Of a stretch of 64,000 nucleotides of DNA, positions 40,690 to 64,000 are shown one piece after another (position 1 is the first letter of the stretch; each line of letters starts with the position of its first letter). The notes under the pieces were generated by a model. The model was not told the origin of the DNA. It did not search any database and was given only the letters and a program-made list of their open reading frames with translations. Source of the stretch: the human T2T-CHM13v2.0 reference genome, Homo sapiens. Where the stretch lies: assembly GCF_009914755.1 (NCBI RefSeq), contig NC_060931.1; one strand, given 5' to 3'. A program made the position numbers and the translations under genes.

Positions 40690-41397
40690 TTAGGTTGCTG
40701 CAAAAGGACTTGTGGTTTTGGCCATTAAAAGTAATGACAGGGTGGGTGCGATGGCTCACACCAGTTATCCCAACGCTTTGGGAGGCCGAGGTGGGCAGAT
40801 CACTTGAGGTCAGGAGTTTGAGACCAGCCTGGCCAAAATGGCAAAACTCTCTGCTCAAAATACAAAAATTAGCTGGGCATGGTGGCACACACCTGTAATC
40901 CCATCTACTCAGGAGGCTGAGGCAGGAAAATTGCTTGAACCCAGGAGGTGGAGGTTGCAGTGAGATGAGATCATGCAACTACACTCCAGCCTGGGCAACA
41001 GAGTGAGACTCCGTCTCAAAAAAAAAGAAAAAAGAAAAAAAGAAAAAAGGCCAGGCATAGTAGCTCACGCCTGTAATCCTAGCACTTTGGGAGGCCGAGG
41101 CAGGTGGATCACCTGAAGTCAGGAGTTCGAGACCAGCCTGGCCAACATGGCAAAACCTCATCTCTACTGAAAATGCAAAAATTAATTGGGCATGGTGGCG
41201 CATGCCTGTAATCCCAGCTACTCAGGAGGCTGAGGCAGGAGAATCACTTGAACCCCAACAGTGGGGTGAGGTTGCAGTGAGCCAAGATCGCACCACACCA
41301 CTGCACCCCAGCCTGGGTGACAGAGTAAGACTCCTCTAAAATAAATAAATAAGTAAAAGTAATGACAAAAACCACAATTTCTTTGGCACCAACCTAA
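40690..41397. mobile_element. MADE1 (Hsmar1-derived MITE) split by two tandem Alus
   Basis: Left TIR ttaggttgctgcaaaag at 40690; right TIR tttggcaccaacctaa ends 41397, then TA. Alu TSD aaaagtaatgaca at 40727-40739 and 41355-41367. Confidence 0.85.
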
Positions 41398-41717
41398 TAC
41401 AGTGTAATATTATTGGTAACAAAACAATGAAGTACAACTAAATGCAACAACATGAATGAGTCTTGAACATACGCCAAGGAGAGAAAAACCAAACACAAAA
41501 GAATATATATGATCCCATTGACATGTGAATTTCAAAAACAGCCAAGAACTTTATTATAGTGTTTGAGAGTGTATGTTTGGTAGTAAAAGTATAAAGACGG
41601 CCAGGCGCGGTGGCTCACCCTTGTAATCCTAGCACTTTGGGAGGCCGAGGTGGGTGGATCACAAGGTCAGGAGTTCGAGACCAGCCTGGCCAACATGGTG
41701 AAATCCCATCTCTACTA

Positions 41718-41912
<195 letters not shown>

Positions 41913-42312
41913 TTAGCATAATGTTACAACAACCAGGATGTGGATGCCTTTGGGGCAGGAAAGGAACACAGAGGGTTGGCCGTGGCCGGCAAGATTCTCA
42001 TGCTTGACCTTGGTGGTGTCAGGTTTTGCTTTACAATAATTCACAAGATTTATGTCTGATATGCTTTTCTCTGTGTCTTATGTTTTACAATTAAGGAAGG
42101 GTTTTACAAAGCACATATGGTCCAGCCTGGCCAACATAGTGAAACCTGTCTCTACTAAAAAATACAAAATTAGCTGGGCATGGTGTTGCGGGCCTGTAGT
42201 CCCAGCTACTTGGGAGGCTGAGGTGGGAGGATCACTTGAGCCTGGGAGGTGGAGCAAATCACCTAATTTTACATGAATGGGATAACTTATCAAGTGACAG
42301 CATCACACGATT

Positions 42313-42338
42313 TGTGTGTGTGTGTGTGTGTGTGTGTG
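42313..42338. repeat. (TG)13 microsatellite
   Basis: Direct reading. Confidence 0.95.
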
Positions 42339-42560
42339 ATGGGGTCTCGCTCTGTCACCCAGGCTGGAGTGCAGTGGCATAATCATAGTTCACAGTAGCC
42401 TCAACCTCCTGGGCTCAAGCAATCCTCCACCCCCAGCCTCTTGAGGAGCTGCGAGTATAGGTCTGCACCACTATGCCTGGTTAATCCCAGCCTCTTGAGT
42501 AGCTGGGAGTATAGGTCTGCACCACCATGCCTGGCTAATTTTTTTGTTTTTTTTTTTTGA

Positions 42561-42776
<216 letters not shown>

Positions 42777-43044
42777 TGATCTGCCGGCCTCGGCCTCCCA
42801 AAGTGCTGGGATTACAGGCGTGAGGCACCGCACCCAGCCACTAACTTTTTTTTTTTTTTTTTGAGACGGAGTCTCACTCTGTCGCCAGGCTGGAGTGCAG
42901 TGGCGCGATCTCATGATTATTTGAGGGAGCCTTCCTTGGAGCTCAGCACATGTAAGGGCAGACCCAGTAGCTGTTATCAGCCCCATCTGTCAATGGAAAG
43001 AGAAAGTAACTTGCCTAAGTTCACACAGCTAGTCAGAATTCTTG

Positions 43045-43745
<701 letters not shown>

Positions 43746-43939
43746 TTGTAATCCCAGTACTTTGGGAGGCCTGGGCAGGTGGGTGGATCACTTGAAGTCA
43801 GGAGTTTGAGACCAGCCTGTTCAACATGGTGAAACCCCATCTTTACTAAAAATGCAAAAATTAGCCAGGCATGGTGGCAAGTGCCTGTAATCCCAGCTAC
43901 TCGGGAGGCTGAGGCAGAAGAATCTCTGTAAGATAAAAG

Positions 43940-45378
<1,439 letters not shown>

Positions 45379-45389
45379 CACAACCCCAT

Positions 45390-46733
<1,344 letters not shown>

Positions 46734-46784
46734 CCTACAAAGACATCCAGATTTCCCAAGCAACAGAGGGGAGTTGGCATACTT

Positions 46785-48606
<1,822 letters not shown>

Positions 48607-49139
48607 GTACTGAACTGTCAAAAACCCAGTCATTGTCCCTTCGAGCTCATCAGCTCAGCAGCAGGGCTGGGATGGATGCCTGGGATGACATGAATTCCTC
48701 CTGTTCCTTCTGTCTTTCTTTAAACAAGTCACCAGGGGCCATATCCATGTCCCATGGTGGGTAAATGGTGTTGTGTCCCTACAGGCCTCCCGCTCAAGGC
48801 TCTCTCTGGCCAGGAATGTGGATTTCTTAATGCACAGTTTGACCAGCTCCTTCACTGCCAGGCATAGATCTTTAGGTACTGTAAGTGTTCAGTAAGCACC
48901 CGTGAAAGGTCAGAGATGGGGGCAGACGGTGGAAGTGATTCAGAGAAACAAGAAGGAGAATTTGATTGTGGTATGAAAAGGCTTCCACAAGCAGCCAAAG
49001 ATAAAATATGCCTATTGATCTACAGGATGTCAAATTAAGAAAAACGGCCAGGTGTGGTGGCTCACGCCTGTAATCCCAGCACTATGGGAGGCTGAGATGG
49101 GCGGATCACAAGGTCAGGAGATCGAGACTGTCCTGGCTA

Positions 49140-49594
<455 letters not shown>

Positions 49595-49689
49595 TCACAC
49601 CATTGCACTCCAGTCTGGGCGACACAGCAAGACTGTCTCAAAAAATAAAAAATTAAAAAAAAAAAAATAATAACTTTAAAAAAAAAGGT

Positions 49690-50500
49690 TTGAGGCAGCT
49701 GTTCACTCCATCTGCCACATGGTGGCACAGCAAGTGGGCAACTATGAAGCAAGAGTGAGCCCTGACCAAGCACTGAATCTGCTGGGGACTTTATATTGGA
49801 CTCCCCAGTCTCTAGAACCATGAGAAATAAATTTCTGTCATTTATAAATTACCCAGTCTAAGATATTTTGTTATAACATCCCAAAGAAACTAAGACACTG
49901 CACAACAAATGGTCACAAATTTATCAGCTCCCAACAGCACACATTTATTCTTCCACAGTTTCCATTGGCGAAGTCTGGGCACTGCTTGGCTGTGTCTTCT
50001 GCTCAGGGTCTCTTGGGGTTACATTCAAGGTGTTGGAGGGAGAGGCTGCATTCTCATCTGGAGGTGCGAGTGGGGAATAATCTGCTGTCAAGCTCGTCCA
50101 ACTTGGCAGAATTCATTTCCTTGCAACCGATGATGGAAGGCACCCTGTGTCTTGCTGACTGCTGTCTTCCCTCAGGTCCTGGAGCCACCTACCATTTCCT
50201 GCCACATGACCCTCTCCAGGGGCTGATCACAACATAGTTGCTTGCTTCTGCAAGGCCAGCAGGACAGAGGCTCTAGCCTCCAAAAGGGCCAAATCCCTCT
50301 TCCAAGGGCTTCTATTAATTAAACCAAGCTCACCCAAGATATTCTCCCTTTTGATGAACTCAAAAGCAACTCAATTCAGTTAAGTACATCTGCCAAACCC
50401 TTTCATCTTTTCCATATTCTATTAGCTAGAAGGAAGATAGAGTTCAATTCAAGGAAAGGGGGTTACATAGGAGGCAGAGAGGCTGGGAGCCACCCAAGGG
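49690..50500. mobile_element. MLT1-type MaLR LTR fragments in both orientations
   Basis: gagaaataaatttctgtcatttataaattacccagtctaagatattttgttataaca...ctaagaca is a typical MLT1 3' end. Confidence 0.65.
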
Positions 50501-50603
50501 TCTGTCAGCCGCAGTGAAATGACTGGGAGAAAGATAATTTGATTTTGGTATGGAGAGGGAGCCATAGATAAATATGCCTACTGATCTCAAGGAAGTCAAA
50601 TTA

Positions 50604-51355
<752 letters not shown>

Positions 51356-51688
51356 TTAAGCAGGGAGAGCTGGTGGCTCAGCTGAGCACAGTCACTCAAG
51401 GAAGATTACTCTGATGGTGGAAGGGGTACGCAGAGATGGGAAGCTTGCAGGTGACAGGGGCTGGGACTAGTCTAGGTCATGAGATGGATAAGAAGGCTGT
51501 GTAGGCTTTAAAAGCAAGACACAAGGGCTAGGAGCAGTGGCTCACACCTGAATCCCACCACTTTGGCAGGCCAAGGCAGGAGGATCACTTGAGCTTAGGA
51601 GTTTGAGACCAGCCTGGGCAACACAGCAAGACCCTGTCTCTTAAAAAAAAAAAAAAGCAAGACACCATTATTACACCTCAATAAGGCT

Positions 51689-51690
<2 letters not shown>

Positions 51691-51744
<54 letters not shown>
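51691..51744. repeat. (AC)27 microsatellite
   Basis: Direct reading; perfect repeat. Confidence 0.95.
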
Positions 51745-51746
<2 letters not shown>

Positions 51747-52466
51747 CAGACTACAAGTCGTAGTTCCTGGATACAGGAATACAGGAGCATTGTATGTTTC
51801 CATGGAAAAGGGTTTCTCAAAAACTAAAGAGGGGCCAGGCATGGTGGCTCACACCTGTAATCCCAGCACTTTGGGAGGCGTGTCTTGACCTTGTGGCCTC
51901 AAGCGATCCTTCCACCTCAGCCTCCTGAGTAGTTGGGACTACAGGTGCGCACCACCACACCTGGTTAGTTTTTGTATTTTTAGTAGACATGGGGTTTCAC
52001 CATGTTGGCCAGGCTGGTCTCGAACTCCTGACCTCAGGTGATCCATCTGCCTTGGCTCCCAAAGTGCTGGGGTTACAGGCATGAGCCACCGTTCCCGGCC
52101 CATATCCCTTTTTCTAATGCTATATTATAAATGCAAAAAGGAATTGTCCCAGGAAAGTAAGGAAAATGATCCACTAAAAAGAATGAATGAATGATGATCT
52201 TTTTTTTTTTTTAAATTTTTATTTTTTGTAGAGATGGGGTTTCACTGTGTTGCCCAGGCTGGTCTCAAACTCCTGGGCTCAAGCCATCCTCCCGCCTCAG
52301 CCTCCCAAAGTGCTGAGATTATAGGCATGAGCCACCAGGCATGGGCATTACAGGCATGAGCCCAGCCTGAGGTGGGGGTCTCTGAGGGGGGCTCGGTTCA
52401 TGCAACTGAGGGGTCATTCCTGCCTACTCACGGATCAGGCTTTCTGCTCACCTCAACTGACCCTAA

Positions 52467-52720
<254 letters not shown>

Positions 52721-54005
52721 TGATCCGCTGGCCTCAGCCTCCTAAAGTGCTGGGATTACAGGCGTGAGCCACCACGCCTGGCCCCTGAAGACACTTTCTA
52801 GGGCCTCAGGGAAAGCCTGAAACTGGGCTGCTGGCTTGGGCATTTGTCACTTGGCAACTTGGGCATTGTCTTGTCACATTGTGTTCATGTGGCTGGTTCT
52901 CCGTTGCCAATTCTCATAAGTCAGTGTTTTTATCAAGGATTCCCTTGGCATTGGTATTAATCCAGCTTCTCCCCAAACCATCCTGGCTCTGAGGGGTGGT
53001 ACCTGGCTGTGGGCGCCATGAGTCGCTGGCTAGCAGTCGGACTCCAGGCTCAGAACCTGAGAATCTTGGCGGTGGGGCAGGATTGTGAGGCCGCATTCTG
53101 TCCCCGGTGAGACCTGGCTCTGTCCAGTTCCTCCCGGGCCTCCCAACGCCCCCGATGGCTCCTTCCTCCTGGCCATCTGTCCGGTCCCTCCTTCATGTCG
53201 GTCGCTGGCCCACCGGTGACTGCTTGGCTTCTGCTGGAGTTTAAGGGGGCTTTCCGCTGCCCTGTACTGAGGCATCCCCGCATCATTCCTGGGCGTGTCC
53301 CCAAGAACAGCCATGGCCTCCACAGTGCAAGCTGAAGGTAGGAGCCCCCGGAACAGACCAGGGAGGCAGTGGAGGGTGGGCTGGGCCAGAGAGAGGATGG
53401 GGGCTACCTGCTGGGGAGAAGGGATGGGGGAGTGGAGAGGGGACCCTCCTGCCACAGTGGCATCGGGAGGCCCTGGGGGCTCCTTCCCTCTGTCTCTTCG
53501 CCCATGGCAGCCTCTCTTCTTTGGAGAACCCCTCCCCACTGCTGCCCCCGAAGCTCACATGTGCTGCAAAGCCAAGACTCCATGAAACAGCATCTCCAAG
53601 CCTCGGTGCCTTCTCCTCCACTCTGCGGCTTGAAGCAGAACCGAGTTCTGGGCACTGCTGGCAAAATAGAATAATGACGGAGAGGAGGAGACCCAGATCC
53701 TTATAGGCCCTGAGAGGGTCCCCCCAAACATCATTGCTTGGGGGTGAGTCCTGAAAGCCGCTCCCTTACTGACCAAAGGAAGTGACCTCTCCATCTCAAC
53801 CTGGGAGTGGTCATTTTTCTGCTTCATCCTAACCAAAGATGATGCCTCCTGTCACCAAACTCAGAGCTCTGGTGACTGGGGACAAGTTTGCCTCAAATTC
53901 CACTTCAATTCTCTCTACCATCATAGATTATTTCAATTTTATAATGTTTATGTATTCAGGGGGTTCAAGTACAGATTTCTTTTTTCTTTTTCTTTTTTTT
54001 TTTGA

Positions 54006-54107
<102 letters not shown>

Positions 54108-54816
54108 TAACAAGTAGCTGGGATTACAGGTGTGTACCACCACACCCAGCTAGTTTTTGTATTTTTAGTATAGATGGGGTTTACCATGTTGGCCAGGCTG
54201 GTCTTGAACTCCTGTCCTCAAGTGATCTGCCCACCTTGGCTCCCAAAGTGAGGGAATTACAGGCATGAGCCACCGTGCCCGGCTTTTTTTTTTTTTTTTT
54301 TTTTTTTTGAGATGGAGTCTCGCTCTGCTGCCCAGGCTGGAGTGCAGTGGCGCGATCACAAATCACGGCAGCCTCAACCTCCCAGCCTTAAAACACCTCA
54401 GCACCCTGCGTAGCTGGGAACACAGGTGCACATCATCATGACTGGCTAATTTTTAAATATTTTTTTGTAGAGACGGGGTCTTGCTGTGTTGCCCAGGCTG
54501 GTCTCAAACTCCTGGGCTCAAGCAATCCTCCTGTCTTGGCCTCCCAAAATGCTGGGATTACAGGCGTGAGACACTGCAGCCAGCCAGCCACAAGGACAGA
54601 TGCCTTACATGCAGGTATTGCATAGTGCTGAAGTCTGTGCCTTCAGTGCACCTGTCACCAGAATCGTGAACATTGTACCCAACAGGTGATTTTCAGACCT
54701 CACCCCCCTCTTGCCCTCCCACCTGTTTCAGTCTCCAATGTCTATTCTGCCACTCAGTATGTCTGTGGGTACCCATCGTTTAGCTCCCACATATAAGTGA
54801 GAACATGCCATCATAA

Positions 54817-55092
<276 letters not shown>

Positions 55093-55258
55093 TGAACTCC
55101 TGACCTCAGGTGATCCACCCGCCTCGGCCTCCCAAAGTGATGGAATTACAGGCGTGAACCACCTCGCCTGGCCAACAATCAGGATAACTTTCATTGTCAT
55201 CTGATAGAGAATAGAAAAGTCACAGAGGTGCCTCATTTTCCCTGAATGACACTTGTAA

Positions 55259-55609
<351 letters not shown>

Positions 55610-55687
55610 TAGCCAGGATGGTTTCGATCTCCTGACCTTGTGATTCGCCCGCCTCAGCCTCCCAAAGTGCTGGGATTACAGGCGTGA

Positions 55688-55951
<264 letters not shown>

Positions 55952-56292
55952 TGATCTGCCCACCTCGGCATCCCAAATTGCTGGGATTACAAGCATGAGC
56001 CACCGTGCCTGGCTTCAGTTTATTTTTCTTTTTTCTTTATTTTTAAAAGTAGAGATGGGGGCCAGGCTCGGTGGCTCACGCCTGTAATCCCAGCACTTTG
56101 GTAGGCCAACGCAGTTGGATTACCTGAGGTCAGGAGTTCAAGACCAGCCTGGCCAACATGGTGAAACCCCATCTCTACTAAAAATACAGAAATTAGCCAA
56201 GCGTGGTGGTGGGTGCCTGTAATCCCAGCTACTCAGGAGGCTGAGGCAGGAGAATCGCTTGAACCCAGGAGACGGAGTTCAAGGTGTAGTGA

Positions 56293-56496
<204 letters not shown>

Positions 56497-57029
56497 TAAA
56501 ATGAGGAATGGCCTTATGTCATGATCCAGACATATTTCTAGCCTGAAGAGAGGATGCCCTTTATGGTCTAGGAACCAGAGCTTGAGTCTGGAGGTGGGAG
56601 AACCTAGGTTTGAATCCCCGCTTAGCAGTCAAATGATTGTGGGCACATGACCTTGAGTTCAATTAAACATTTAGTGAGCTCCTACTACGTCTGAGGCATT
56701 GTGGATACAGAGATAAGGCAGTGTCCTGGCCCACAAAGGGCTCAGGGGACCTGCTCAATGAACAGCCCAGCTCCTTCCTCATTTCTAAATCGGGGCTGAT
56801 AATATCTGTCCATCATGGCTCTGGGGTTAATCGTGACGACAGAATATGGAAGTATGAATCACAACACAGTACTCAACACAAAAGAGAGCAGTGGGACATG
56901 CTGCTGCTTTCTCCCTTGAAGTTCCATTTATTTATTTATTTAGAAACAGGGTCTTGCTCTGTCACCCAGGCTGGAGTGCGCTGGTGCAATCATAGCTCAC
57001 TTCGGCCTCCACCTCCTGGGCTCAGGTGA

Positions 57030-57317
<288 letters not shown>

Positions 57318-58109
57318 TGAACTCCTAACCTGCTCGGCTTCCCAAAGTGCTGGGATTACAGGTGTGAGCCACCACGCCTAGCCTGGTTTTTATTTTTTGT
57401 ACAGATCTTGTTGCCCAGGCTGGTCTTGAACTCCTGGGCTCAAGCTTTCCTCCCTCCTTGGCCTCCCAGAGTGCTGGGATTACAGGCATGAGCCACTGTA
57501 CCTGGCCTTGAAGTTGCATTTAGAAATGATGACTCTGTCATTCTGGAAGGTGATGAGATAAAAATGCCCCCAAAGAATAGATATGATTATAATTCGGAAA
57601 GGATGCTTGAGATCTCTGGTTTTAGAAAGCCTGGCTCCCTGAGGTTAACTGACTTGCGCCTGTCCCCCAGGGAGGAGATAGAACAGTCTGAATGAGAACC
57701 ACTTGTTCTTTCAATCACAACTCACTGCCCTCGACATCCCAATTTGGCTGATGTTTTATTGGATTCCCCCCTGCCACCGATCAAGAAGTCTTGGAAAAGC
57801 ACCCTGTTTTGTTACTCTGAATATAGCAGAGATAAAAGGTGTCCACTGAATTCTGCGTGTGTTGCCAGAAATGTGTTCACATCCACGTTTTAGCCTGGAG
57901 GTATCGGTGCATCTGTTAATCCTGCAGCTGCTTCTCAGGGGTTTTGAGTACAGCAGGTTGGAAACTTACTTAGCCAGAAACTTGCCATTCCGAATTTGTG
58001 CTTTTGTTAATTTTTTTTTTCAACCTCCATCTCCCAGGATCAAGCCATTCTCCTGCCTCAGCCTCCCGAGAAGCTGGGATTACAGGCATGCGCCACCACT
58101 CCCAGCTAA

Positions 58110-58373
<264 letters not shown>

Positions 58374-58376
58374 TGA

Positions 58377-58586
<210 letters not shown>

Positions 58587-58589
58587 TAG

Positions 58590-58841
<252 letters not shown>

Positions 58842-59519
58842 TGAAGAGTGTAATATAGATTTAAATATGTAAATATATACATAGAGGATATATATATGTA
58901 TATACACACATGACTTGTGATATAATTTGTCTTGTCACTCAGCAAGAGAAATTTTTGTCTGTGTCATGTAAAAACTTATGTGCTTAAGTTATAAAATATT
59001 TAGAAATATTTGCCTAGTAGAACCATAAGGCTTACCTCAGGCTAACCATAAAACTCGGAACTTAAAGTGTTTATCTAAGATAAACATTTAGCAAATATTC
59101 AGCAAATATTTGGCAAGGGCCTTCCCTGAGCCAGGCGCTTGTAATTGGTTACAGCCTTGGATTTTGAAATTATATTTGCTTCCTTTTTTTTTTTCTTCTT
59201 TTTCTTTTTGGTCTTAGTTCCTACCATGTGAGATACTTGCTGCTTGTGTGTTCCCAGAAGCTCACGTGGTGGATTATCAGCCTTTCTCAAGAGCATTCAA
59301 GAAAGGGCATGATCCTGGTTTAGGTTTCCTCTGGTACACTGGAGGAGAGTCAATGGTGACTGTCAAGGTTTCCGGAACAAGACATCTCCCTCATCCCCCA
59401 GGCGGGGGCCAGGACCTCCACTGTCCAGCCAGGTCTCCTTGCTGAGTGCCCCCAGTGAAAACATTCACACAGAGCAACAAAAATCACATATATTCATTTG
59501 TATGGGAATGGCAGTACTA

Positions 59520-60275
<756 letters not shown>

Positions 60276-60451
60276 TTATGTATTCCAAGTCTTCTTCGAT
60301 AGGAATGCATTTCTCTTAAAACCAGCAAGAGGCCGGGCATGGTGGCTCACACCTATAATCCCAGCACTTTGGGAGGCCGAGGCAGGCGGATCACCTGTGG
60401 TTGGGGGCTCGAGACCAGCTTAACCAACATGGAGAAACCCCATCTCTACTA

Positions 60452-60610
<159 letters not shown>

Positions 60611-62022
60611 TCAAAAAACAAACAAACAAAAAAACAAACCAAAACCAAACCAAACAAAAAATCCAGCAAGAGGCGGCATACTTCTCTTGTATACTTGGCA
60701 TGGAGGCAGTGTGGGGTGATCCTAGGATTAAGTGTGGTACATCTGTTGTTTGAAGACCCACCTCTACTGGTTGGGAGGCTTTGGAAACGTATGGAGGCCC
60801 TCTGTGCTTCAGTTTCCTTTTTTTTTTTTTGAGGCAGGGTCTCGCTCTGTCACCAGGCTGGAGTGCAGTGGCACAATCTTGGCTCACTGCAACCTGTCTC
60901 CTGGGTTTAAGTGATTCTCGTGCCTCAGCCTCCCGAGTAGCTGGGACTACAGGCACGTGCCACCACATTCGGTTAATTTTTAAATTTTCTGTAGAGATGG
61001 GCGGGGGGCTGGGGGGGGGTCTCGCTATGATGCTCATGCTGGTCTCGAACTCCTGGCCTGTAGTGATCCTCCCACCTTGGCCTCCAAAAGTGCTGGGATG
61101 ACAGGTGTGAGCTACTGTGCCCCTCCCTTCAAAGACATTTTTCTAATACTGAAATCCGATGCTCACACTCCCCTGTTCAAACTCTACGCAGTTCCCCAAT
61201 AGGCTCTTACAGGATGCTATCCCAACTCCAATGCCCGGCACCGCCTCCCCTGGCCAGCCCCACCTCTGCCTTCTAGAGACTCTTCCAGGGCTCTGGCCAC
61301 ACCAAGTGACAAGTCCTGGCATATAATGGGCCACTGTATACTCTTTGGGATTGCAGTTCACTCTGCCTGGAATGCTCTGCCACTGGTCCCTGGGGCTGAC
61401 TCGCCACTGGCCTTCCAAGCCAGGCTGTGGCCCTGGAACTCTCCAGGCACCCAGGCTCATCACCACCCTGTGTGTGGCAACTCCAACCCTCTTGCCATAC
61501 AAAGCTCCCTCCACCACAGTTACTATCTGGCTCCCTGTCTGCTACTTGTGTCCCTGTCATCGTCCTCTTTGGCCCCCCAGGGCTTGCACACAGAGCCCGG
61601 GATAGCAGTTCCATCTTCCGCACGCTGCACGTTTGGAGGGGCAGGAACTGCTTTGTGTCTGAGGGCAGCACTGGTCAAAGCCATGCCGGGACATCCCAAA
61701 GTCACACCCCAGCATTCACAGACTTGGAGTTCCAAACCCAGGGGCATTGCTGGGGCAAAAACAATTGTTGGAAGAGAAGGGGACCAGGAGCTGTGGATTT
61801 TGTAGGGTTTATCAGGAAATGCAGGCAAGCAGTGAAGGGACAATTAGCCATGAAATGGAAGGGAAATGTGCCAGCTTTTGTTGATCTGATAGGAAAGGAG
61901 ATCACCGGGCCTGCAGCTGCTACTCCTCAGCAGTTTGCAAGGCTGGGAGGAGAATCCAGGTGGCCCCTGTTGACCAAGTGTTAGGAGGGTTGACGTGAGC
62001 CACATCTCTTCATGGTTGATGA

Positions 62023-62489
<467 letters not shown>

Positions 62490-62945
62490 TGATCTGGCTG
62501 TTCATCAGTGCCAGGGGCCACCCCTCAGTTCCCTAGTGTACCTGGACCACCCCTCAGTTCCTTTTTCGAGGACTGTGGGTACGATGACTAGGACAGGAGG
62601 TACAAGATCGATGGGAATGGGCTTCGAAGAGCTGGTCTTGTGATAAAGAAATATGATGGTCAGGTGGGCTTGGTGGCTCACGCCTATAATCCCAGCACCT
62701 TGTGAGGCTGAGTGAGGAGGATCACTTGAGCCCAGGAGTTTGAGACCAGCCTGGGAAACATAGCAACACCCCATCTCTACAAAATATAAAAAAAAATTAG
62801 CTGGGCACTGTGGCGTGCACCTGTAGTCCCCAGCTACTTAGGAAGCTGAGATGGGAGGATCACTTGAGCCCCGGAGGTCGACGTTGCAGTGAGCCAGGGT
62901 TGCATCACTGCACTCCAGCCTGGGCCACAGAGTGAGACTCTGTTT

Positions 62946-62949
62946 AAAA

Positions 62950-63014
<65 letters not shown>
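62946..63014. repeat. Poly-A followed by a perfect (AT)24
   Basis: Direct reading; lies in an Alu tail. Confidence 0.95.
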
Positions 63015-63026
<12 letters not shown>

Positions 63027-63379
63027 ATATATACATGTGAATGATGATCCCTTATTAAAAAATAAAAATAAGGCCGGGTGCAGGGGCTGACATCTGTAAT
63101 TCCAGCACTTTGGGAGGCTGATGCAAAAGGATTGGTTGAGGCCAGCAGTTTGAGACTGGCCTGGGCAACATAGCAAGATCCCATACAAAAATTTTTAAAA
63201 ATTAGCTGGGCATGGTGGCGTGTGCCTGTGGTCCCCAGCTACTGAGGAGGCTGAGGTGGGAGGATGGCTTGGGCCCAGGAGGTCGAGACTGCATTGAGCA
63301 ATGACTGTGTCACTCTACTGCAGCCTGGGTGACAGAGCAAGAGAGCCCCCCCAGCACCCCCTACAAATTTTTTTTTTAA

Positions 63380-64000
63380 AAATTAAAAAGGCGCGGTTCG
63401 AGAAGAGCTGTAGTCGTCCCAGAGCTACAGTGCAGGTGATATCAAAATGCAGGTGAGAAAACTGGAGACAGAATACAGTAACGGATACAGGTGCCCCTGA
63501 AAAGGTGCAGAGGCGCTAAGGACGCAAGCAATCCTGAACGTTCCAATCGTTCGTTTTAAAGTTGTCCTGGCCAACCCGTGAAGCCTTGTATGAGGAAATG
63601 TTTCAACGAGGGCGCCTGACGCAGTCCCCGAGGCCAGAAAACACCCAGGTTTAGATACGGGCTCTGACCCGCACCTGCCACAGCCAAATCCCTCCCCCTT
63701 CTGAGCCCGATCCCGTGTTGTCCTCCAGGGGTAAGCAAAACACCTGGCAGGGCTGCCTGAAGATTAGGGAAACTGAGGAGACGCGGCAGGTGCCCAGTAT
63801 TTATAGTTTTGTCCCCAAACGGGGGAGTTATTTGTAAGCACTGGCTACTACCCCCGTCAATCACCTAATTGTCCAAAAAAAGGCAAACGGAGGGAATGCG
63901 CCGCAGCTGAGCACCGCGCAGGCCGCAGCTGAGGTGCACACCCGGGTGTGCCCTTTGTATTGCTGGAAGCGCTGGCGATCATAGGGGCAGAGGGCTGGCG
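63380..64000. promoter_or_regulatory. CpG-rich flank of the next promoter (probably BRI3, by recalled human 7q21-22 synteny; no BRI3 coding sequence visible)
   Basis: Unique sequence with rising CpG density, CCAAT at ~63543 and TGACGCA at ~63618. Gene identity is inferred, not seen. Confidence 0.5.

Noticed and set aside
53030-53836. Overlapping ORFs in unique GC-rich intergenic sequence (also 61143-62000)
   Set aside because: No recognisable homology or coherent exon structure; expected by chance at this GC content.

Overview
Primate (very likely human) genomic DNA, GC-rich and very Alu-dense; not prokaryotic. Bases 1-35 kb hold most of TECPR1 on the minus strand. I reconstructed 22 coding exons by hand (start ATG at 28845; 3264 nt = 1088 codons in one continuous spliced frame; the last exons lie beyond the left edge). 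The protein has tectonin beta-propeller repeats, two DysF domains, an ATG5-binding helix and a PH domain. There are two probable 5'UTR exons and a CpG-island promoter at ~34.5-35.3 kb. Bases 35-63 kb are intergenic and filled with Alus, a cluster of LTR remnants (MER4-, MER41-, MST-, MER21-, MLT1-like), a split MADE1 MITE and a split 7SL fragment. The right end enters another CpG-rich promoter flank, probably BRI3 by recalled synteny. I see no wholly new multi-gene system. The best leads are regulatory and splicing features: a MER41 LTR with two intact STAT (GAS) sites ~3.3 kb upstream of TECPR1; a weak donor on the in-frame exon carrying the sphingomyelin-binding Trp154; a G-rich VNTR next to another weak donor; a GC-AG intron with an L1 tail abutting its donor; an in-frame retainable intron in the PH domain; and a FOX/GATA palindrome cluster at ~59.1 kb. 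Repeat subfamily names come from recalled consensus sequences and repeat boundaries are approximate.
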